From assembly GCA_963806225.1 (NCBI GenBank), contig CAWDXG010000004.1:2656001-2720000 (forward strand): a DNA stretch of 64,000 nucleotides, written 5' to 3'. A model generated the notes under the pieces. It saw only the letters and a program-made list of their open reading frames with translations, ran no database searches and had not been told where the DNA came from. The position numbers and the translations under genes are program-made. The stretch comes from an uncultured delta proteobacterium. GTDB lineage: Bacteria > Myxococcota_A > Polyangia > Polyangiales > Polyangiaceae. Shown here in pieces: positions 58,858-64,000 of this stretch (positions are counted from its first letter, which is position 1; each line of letters starts with the position of its first letter).

Positions 58858-59466
58858 GTGGACAGCGATCTGGCCGAATCGTTCTCTGCCTTCAAGGAGT
58901 CCTTCGAGCGCCGCACCATCGCGGCCACCTTCGGCAAGGCCGATCCAGACCTGGTCGCCGAATTGAAGGACAAGCTGGGCCTGCCGCGTCGATACCGCGA
59001 GTTTCTGCTGGCGGGCGACCCCACGGACGTGGAGACGCGGACGCCCTCCGAACGCGTGCGGCTGATCCCGGCCACGCAGCTCGAAGCGGAACAGAAGGGC
59101 TTCGCGCTGGACGAGTCGGGCGAGCTGCGCACCGAACCGACCGCCGCGGGCTGGCGGCCGAGCTGGATCATCGTGGCGCACAGCTCGCTGCTGGGTGACC
59201 CGTATTTTCTCGACACCTCGTTGCCGGACGCCGAGGGCGACTGCACCGTCTTCACCGCCATGAGCGGCACCGACACCTGGAAGCCGCGGCTCTGCGCTTC
59301 AAGCTTTGCGATGTTCGTGCGCATCCTGGCGATCGGGATGGAAGTCGCAGAGGGTTTCGCCGACGAGGACGTGGACATGGACGACGAGCAGGTCTTCCGC
59401 GACACGCTGGGCCCGCGGATCCGCCAGTACGATCCGGCCGCGCTGAAAGCAGGCCACTGGACGTGA
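58858..59466 (+). CDS. SMI1/KNR4 (SUKH) family protein
   Basis: ELKDKLGLPRRYREFL, WIIVA....GDPYFLD, ASSFAMF motifs. Confidence 0.75.
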   Translation: MDSDLAESFSAFKESFERRTIAATFGKADPDLVAELKDKLGLPRRYREFLLAGDPTDVETRTPSERVRLIPATQLEAEQKGFALDESGELRTEPTAAGWRPSWIIVAHSSLLGDPYFLDTSLPDAEGDCTVFTAMSGTDTWKPRLCASSFAMFVRILAIGMEVAEGFADEDVDMDDEQVFRDTLGPRIRQYDPAALKAGHWT

Positions 59467-60764
59467 CGGGCCCGGCGGAGCTGCTTCGCTCCGCCGCGAT
59501 GGGCGCGGCCGGCTTCGAGCACGAGCTGGAGCGTCTGGCGCGTCGCGGCGAGAGCGATCTCGGGCGGGTCGAGTCGCAGGTGCGCGAGATCCTCTCGGCG
59601 GTGCGAAGCGAGGGCGACGCAGCCGTGCACCGCTATGTCGAACGCTTCGAGCATCGCAAGCCAGGCGCGCTGCTGCTCGAGGACTACGGCGGCCGCGAGG
59701 CGCTGGAGGCGCAGCCCCCGGTCATCCGCGCAGCGCTGGAGCTGGCAGCCGCGCGGATCCAGAGCTACCACGAGCGGCAGGCGGAGCAGCTGAAGAGCTT
59801 TTCGTACGCAGAAGGAGGCATCGAGCTCGGCGGTCGCGTGACGCCGCTCTCGCGCGTGGGCGTGTACGCTCCCGGAGGCAAGGCGCGCTATCCCTCCAGC
59901 GTACTGATGAGCGCGATCCCGGCGGCGGTAGCTGGAGTCGGCGAGGTGATCGTCGCTACCCCCGCCCCGGGGCCCGAGGTGCGGGCGGCGTGCCACCTGG
60001 CCGGCGTCGGCGCGATCCTGGACGCGGGTGGCGCGCATGCCATCGCAGCGCTGGCCTACGGGACCGGCTCGATCCGCCGCGTGGACAAGATCGTCGGGCC
60101 TGGAAACATCTACGTGGCGGCCGCCAAGCGCCTGGTATTCGGCGAGGTGGCGATCGACAGCATCGCCGGGCCGAGCGAGATCCTCGTGGTCGCCGACGAG
60201 ACCGCCGACGCGAGGCTCATCGCAGCCGATCTGCTGAGCCAGGCCGAACACGACGAAGCAGCGTACCCGCTGCTCGTGTGCACCCAGAAGTCCACGGTCG
60301 AGGCGGTGCGGCGCGCTCTGTCCGAGCAGCTCGCGGACCTGCCCCGCCGCGACGTCGCACAGGCCTCGCTCCGCGCCAACGGCTTCGCGCTGGTCGTGAA
60401 CGGCCGCGAAGCCCTGGCCGGCGTGGCGGATCGCCTGGCGGTCGAGCACGTGGCGCTGCACACGCGGGACGCCCGCGAGCTCGCCGACCGCATCCATCGC
60501 GCGGGCGCGCTGTTCATCGGCGCGTCGACGCCGGAAGCGGCGGGGGACTACGTCGCGGGGCCATCCCACGTGCTTCCCACGGGTGGCGCCGCCCGCTTCA
60601 GCGCACCGCTCGGTGTCTACGATTTCGTGTCGCGGACGTCGCTCATCGCGTACGAAGCGGCGGCATTGGCGGATCAGGCCGACGCCATCACCGCCCTGGC
60701 GCGGCTCGAAGGGCTCGAGGCGCACGCACGGGCCGTGGAGCGGCGCACGCATCGCGATGACTGA
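59463..60764 (+). CDS. hisD: Histidinol dehydrogenase
   Basis: GVYAPGG.A.YPSSVLM, DKIVGPGN.YV, IDSIAGPSE, DLLSQAEH, GDYVAGPSHVLPT, EGLEAH. Confidence 0.96.
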   Translation: MTGPAELLRSAAMGAAGFEHELERLARRGESDLGRVESQVREILSAVRSEGDAAVHRYVERFEHRKPGALLLEDYGGREALEAQPPVIRAALELAAARIQSYHERQAEQLKSFSYAEGGIELGGRVTPLSRVGVYAPGGKARYPSSVLMSAIPAAVAGVGEVIVATPAPGPEVRAACHLAGVGAILDAGGAHAIAALAYGTGSIRRVDKIVGPGNIYVAAAKRLVFGEVAIDSIAGPSEILVVADETADARLIAADLLSQAEHDEAAYPLLVCTQKSTVEAVRRALSEQLADLPRRDVAQASLRANGFALVVNGREALAGVADRLAVEHVALHTRDARELADRIHRAGALFIGASTPEAAGDYVAGPSHVLPTGGAARFSAPLGVYDFVSRTSLIAYEAAALADQADAITALARLEGLEAHARAVERRTHRDD

Positions 60765-61491
60765 AGTGCGCCCCGCACGAAATGACGCAGCCGGAGTCAC
60801 CCGGCGCGCTGTCCTTTTCGTGGCGGCGCTGTGTCTGGCGGCCCCGGCGCTCGGGAGCTGCCACAAGCACCAGGCGAGCGACAAGGCGGCGCCCGCGAAG
60901 CAGAGCGGCAAGGACCGCTACGCCGACGGCAAGGCACTGGCCCAGCACCTCGCGGGCGCGAAATCCAGATGGTCCCGCCCACCCAAGCTGCCGGATTGCA
61001 GCAAGCTGCTGGACGCCTCGCAGGTATCGCTGTGCGCGCAGGCAGGAAAAGCCGAGGCAGAGCTCGGCAGGCTCGTCGCTTCGGGCGCTTCGCCCGCAAA
61101 GCTGCTCGACGCCACCGGCAAGCTCGCCCTTGCCATGGCAGACGCCACGCACGCGCTGCGTCTGGCAGCCATGGGCTACCTGGGCAAACACGAGGGCGAC
61201 GCAGGCCGGGGTCGAAGCGGCAGCCCCTATCTAGAGCCGATGCAGCGCTACTACTTCGTGACCAACGGCACGCTGCAGTACCTGCTCGTGTTCCTTCAAT
61301 TCGGACCGCTCGACACGCGCCGCAAGGCCTTCGAGACGTTCGAGCGCTTCTGGCACGCCCATCCCGAGTGGACCGCGACGCGGAACCTGCTGGAAGCGGC
61401 CGCGCGCCGGGAACAAGACGCCGCCCTGGAGCAGCGCATCCTCGATCTGGCGCAGCATCCGCCCGCGCTTTCGCCGGGCAAAGCAAGGTAG
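60757..61491 (+). CDS. Hypothetical lipoprotein
   Basis: TRRAVLFVAALCLAAPALGSC signal/lipobox; overlaps the hisD stop. Confidence 0.6.
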   Translation: MTEVRPARNDAAGVTRRAVLFVAALCLAAPALGSCHKHQASDKAAPAKQSGKDRYADGKALAQHLAGAKSRWSRPPKLPDCSKLLDASQVSLCAQAGKAEAELGRLVASGASPAKLLDATGKLALAMADATHALRLAAMGYLGKHEGDAGRGRSGSPYLEPMQRYYFVTNGTLQYLLVFLQFGPLDTRRKAFETFERFWHAHPEWTATRNLLEAAARREQDAALEQRILDLAQHPPALSPGKAR

Positions 61492-61498
61492 CGAGCGC

Positions 61499-62488
61499 CT
61501 ACTCCTGGGCCGCCAGATAGCCGCGCTGGATCAGATTCATGACGATGCCGGCGGTCTCCAGGTCCGTCAGGCTGCTGCGATCGAGGAGCGCCGCGAGGCT
61601 GGGGGAATTCAGAGCCTGCTGGAGGATATCGAGGTGGCTGGGCTCCAGCTCGTGCAGCGGCGCCTCGAGCGGCGTGCGCAGGATCAGGCGCGACTCGAGC
61701 GGCGGCAGCTTTTCGCGCAGCTGGTTGAACTCGTCCTGCTGGCGGAAGCCCTCCATGAGGATTTCCTGGACGGTCGCGTCGAGGGGCTCGTCGAACTTCC
61801 GCTCCTCCGGCGGGTCGAGCTGGAACATGCCGCGATGCCAGTCGAGCATGCGGTAGACGGCCTTGACCGGAGGTAGCTCCGGCTGCCCCTCGATCAATGC
61901 GTAGTGCACGACGCCCTGGTCGAAGTAGATGCGGCCGATGCGCGACTCCGTGCGCATCACGAGCACGCCGGTCTTGCGTGAGGTGCCGAACAGCTGCATC
62001 AGGTCGGGCAGCGGGATCTCCTCGAGGTTGCCGCTCATGCGCGGCGCCTCCTCGGGCTGGTAGCTCGGGCCGCGCTGGCGCGCTGTGGCACGCCGGACCG
62101 CCACCGCTTCCAGGTCGCGCCGGGAGTCCGGCTCCTCCACCCCCACGGACACCACCTTGAGGATGCTGGTCCCGATCAGGACCCGGTCCCCCTCCCTCAG
62201 CTCGGTCGCCTGGATCTTCTCGCCGTTGACGAAGGTCCCGTTCGTGGAGCCCAGGTCCTCGATGTGGATGACGCCGTCCTGCATGCGGATGCGGGCGTGA
62301 CGTCGCGAGACCATCTCCTCGACCAGCACCATGTCCAGGTCACTCGACCGGCCGACGACAATCTCCTGCCCCTCGCCCAGAGGAAACTCGCCCCCCTGGT
62401 ACTTGCCGGAGATGAATCGCAGCGCAAGGTTCGTCCGCAAGGGGCTTGCTTGCGAACCGCTGGAGTTCGGCGCGAGTCGGTCGGGCAT
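61499..62488 (-). CDS. FHA + DUF4388 domain protein
   Basis: VGRSS, VSRRHARI, DLGSTNGTFVNG (FHA); MSGNLEEIPLPDLMQL...KTGVL (DUF4388). Confidence 0.92.
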   Translation of the reverse strand: MPDRLAPNSSGSQASPLRTNLALRFISGKYQGGEFPLGEGQEIVVGRSSDLDMVLVEEMVSRRHARIRMQDGVIHIEDLGSTNGTFVNGEKIQATELREGDRVLIGTSILKVVSVGVEEPDSRRDLEAVAVRRATARQRGPSYQPEEAPRMSGNLEEIPLPDLMQLFGTSRKTGVLVMRTESRIGRIYFDQGVVHYALIEGQPELPPVKAVYRMLDWHRGMFQLDPPEERKFDEPLDATVQEILMEGFRQQDEFNQLREKLPPLESRLILRTPLEAPLHELEPSHLDILQQALNSPSLAALLDRSSLTDLETAGIVMNLIQRGYLAAQE

Positions 62489-62684
62489 TAGGAGGCTGCG
62501 AGCCCACAGCGCCTGGCGACCTGGACCGTGCGCACAGGCAAGTGTGCGGAAAATAATAGGCTCCGGGCGAAGACCCGGTCAAGCTTGCTGGATCGGCCGG
62601 GGCAAGGCAGCGCGCACGCCCCCCCCAGCGCTCCTGACCCTTCGGCCGGCGGGCAAGTGGGCCCGGAGCTCTCGAGACCGTCGT

Positions 62685-64000
62685 TCATGCGGGTTTCACC
62701 TCCACGGGCACCGGGGGAGCGCTGGGACCGCCGCTTCCCCCCTCGGATTCGGCCGGGGCAAGGGCTGCGGGGGGGAGCGGAGAAGCCACCGCCTCGCCCG
62801 CCACCGGCAGTACCACGGTAAAGGTCGAGCCCGCACCCTCCTGGGACGCGACCTCGATGCGACCCCCAATCTCCTCGACCATCCGCTGGCTGATGGCCAG
62901 TCCGAGCCCGGTGCCCCGGTCCTTTGTCGTGAAGAACGGAACGAAGAGACTCTTCAGGACCTGCGGCGCGATGCCCGGTCCGGCATCCCGAACCGCGATC
63001 TCGACCCATTCGTTTGCCGCCGGGCCCCCGCTGTAGCCCGCGGGCCGGCCGTGGCGCGGGCGGGTCAGGATCGAGACCTGGCCGGAGCCATTCATGGCCT
63101 GGACCGCGTTCTGGACCAGATTGATCAGGACCTGCCTGAGCTGCTCGGCGTCGGCGCGCACCATGGGCAGCTCCTCCGCGAGCACCGTGTGGAAGTGGTT
63201 CTCGCCCGGGTTGGATGCCAGGACCTGCAGCGTCCGGCGGACCACCGCGTTCACGTCGACGGAGCCGGGATTGCCCTTTGAAGGCCTCGCGTAGTCGAGA
63301 ACGGAACCGACCACGCGATCGAGCCGGTCCACTTCCTCGAGGATGATGCCCAGAAATTCCTGGCCCGCGGGATCGATCTCGGAGCCATCTGCGGGTTCGC
63401 TCAGAAGCTGGGCAGCACCCTTGATCGCGCCAAGCGGGTTCTTCACCTCGTGAGCAAGCCCCGCGGCCATGTGGCCCAGAGCGGCAAGGCGATCGCGCTC
63501 CTGCATGCGCCGGTACTGGCGGGAGTTTTCGATGACGACCCCGATCTGCACCGCGAGAAGCTCCAACAGACCGACCTCGTCGGGCGAGAATGCATCGCTC
63601 ACCCGGTCGTCGGCGACGACGAGGAAGCCGAGCAGATCCTGCCCCTCGCCGTGGATGCTCAGGCACACGCCCTGCTTCAACGGTCCGAGTAGCTGCGCAG
63701 CAGCCAGCAGGCGTTCATCGGCTTCGGCTTCGCGCGTCCAGCCGCCGCGCCGACGCTCACCGAGCTCGTAGACGAGCTCCTCCATCACCAGCGACGAGCT
63801 CTTGTTCAGTCGCTCGATGAGCGGACGCGCCGTGGCACCGTCGATACGCGCTGCGGTCTTGGGTCCGAACGAGAGCCCGAGCTCGAAGTCCGTTCCAGCC
63901 GGTTCGCGCAGATACAAGGCCGCGCCGGTAGCTCGCCGCGACTCCTCGAGCGCCAACATGACCGTCTGCATCATCACCTCGACCTGCAGAACGTGGGTCA
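62685..64000 (-). CDS. GAF-containing NtrB-type sensor histidine kinase (5' end beyond window)
   Basis: LAHEVKNPL, QVLINLVQNA, DAGPGI, PFFTTK, GTGLGLAI; GAF-like segment upstream; frame open to the window edge. Confidence 0.93.
   Translation of the reverse strand, partial: THVLQVEVMMQTVMLALEESRRATGAALYLREPAGTDFELGLSFGPKTAARIDGATARPLIERLNKSSSLVMEELVYELGERRRGGWTREAEADERLLAAAQLLGPLKQGVCLSIHGEGQDLLGFLVVADDRVSDAFSPDEVGLLELLAVQIGVVIENSRQYRRMQERDRLAALGHMAAGLAHEVKNPLGAIKGAAQLLSEPADGSEIDPAGQEFLGIILEEVDRLDRVVGSVLDYARPSKGNPGSVDVNAVVRRTLQVLASNPGENHFHTVLAEELPMVRADAEQLRQVLINLVQNAVQAMNGSGQVSILTRPRHGRPAGYSGGPAANEWVEIAVRDAGPGIAPQVLKSLFVPFFTTKDRGTGLGLAISQRMVEEIGGRIEVASQEGAGSTFTVVLPVAGEAVASPLPPAALAPAESEGGSGGPSAPPVPVEVKPA

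Noticed and set aside
54475..60911. Very long antisense ORFs (942 aa and 865 aa) and many similar ones across the window
   Set aside because: Typical stop-poor shadow frames of high-GC coding DNA, with no motifs and opposite well-supported genes
1..64000. tRNA, rRNA, transposase, integrase or prophage genes
   Set aside because: No recognisable motifs or structures by eye; a tRNAscan/Infernal run would be needed to exclude small RNAs fully

Overview
High-GC, gene-dense bacterial chromosome segment. The gene content (several Hanks-type Ser/Thr kinases, FHA-DUF4388, an AgmX/GltG-like protein, an MshEN protein, many Cys-rich lipoproteins) points to a myxobacterium, probably Polyangiales (inference). 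I can support about 55 CDS, including housekeeping genes (slyX, yggX, hflKC, aroE, xseA, accC, upp, hisD), two-component and ECF regulators, and many hypotheticals. I found no rRNA, tRNA, CRISPR array or mobile element. At least nine genes between 20 and 48 kb carry single-base frameshifts, most simply explained as long-read consensus errors. The best candidate for an undescribed system is at 5.5-7.3 kb: a small Cys-rich signal-bearing peptide gene 6 bp upstream of a fusion of an RRE-like domain, a LanD-type flavin Cys decarboxylase and a thiol-type methyltransferase (possible new RiPP chemistry). Other leads are a formyltransferase/ATP-grasp/CCAEP radical SAM cluster, a tandem pair of unknown paralogs behind accC, a NarM-like/degenerate MoaC fusion, an ARH-macrodomain fusion, a heme c-fused copper monooxygenase, a class II FNR-type promoter and several operator-like palindromes. 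All family calls come from motif recognition by eye; no database search was run.
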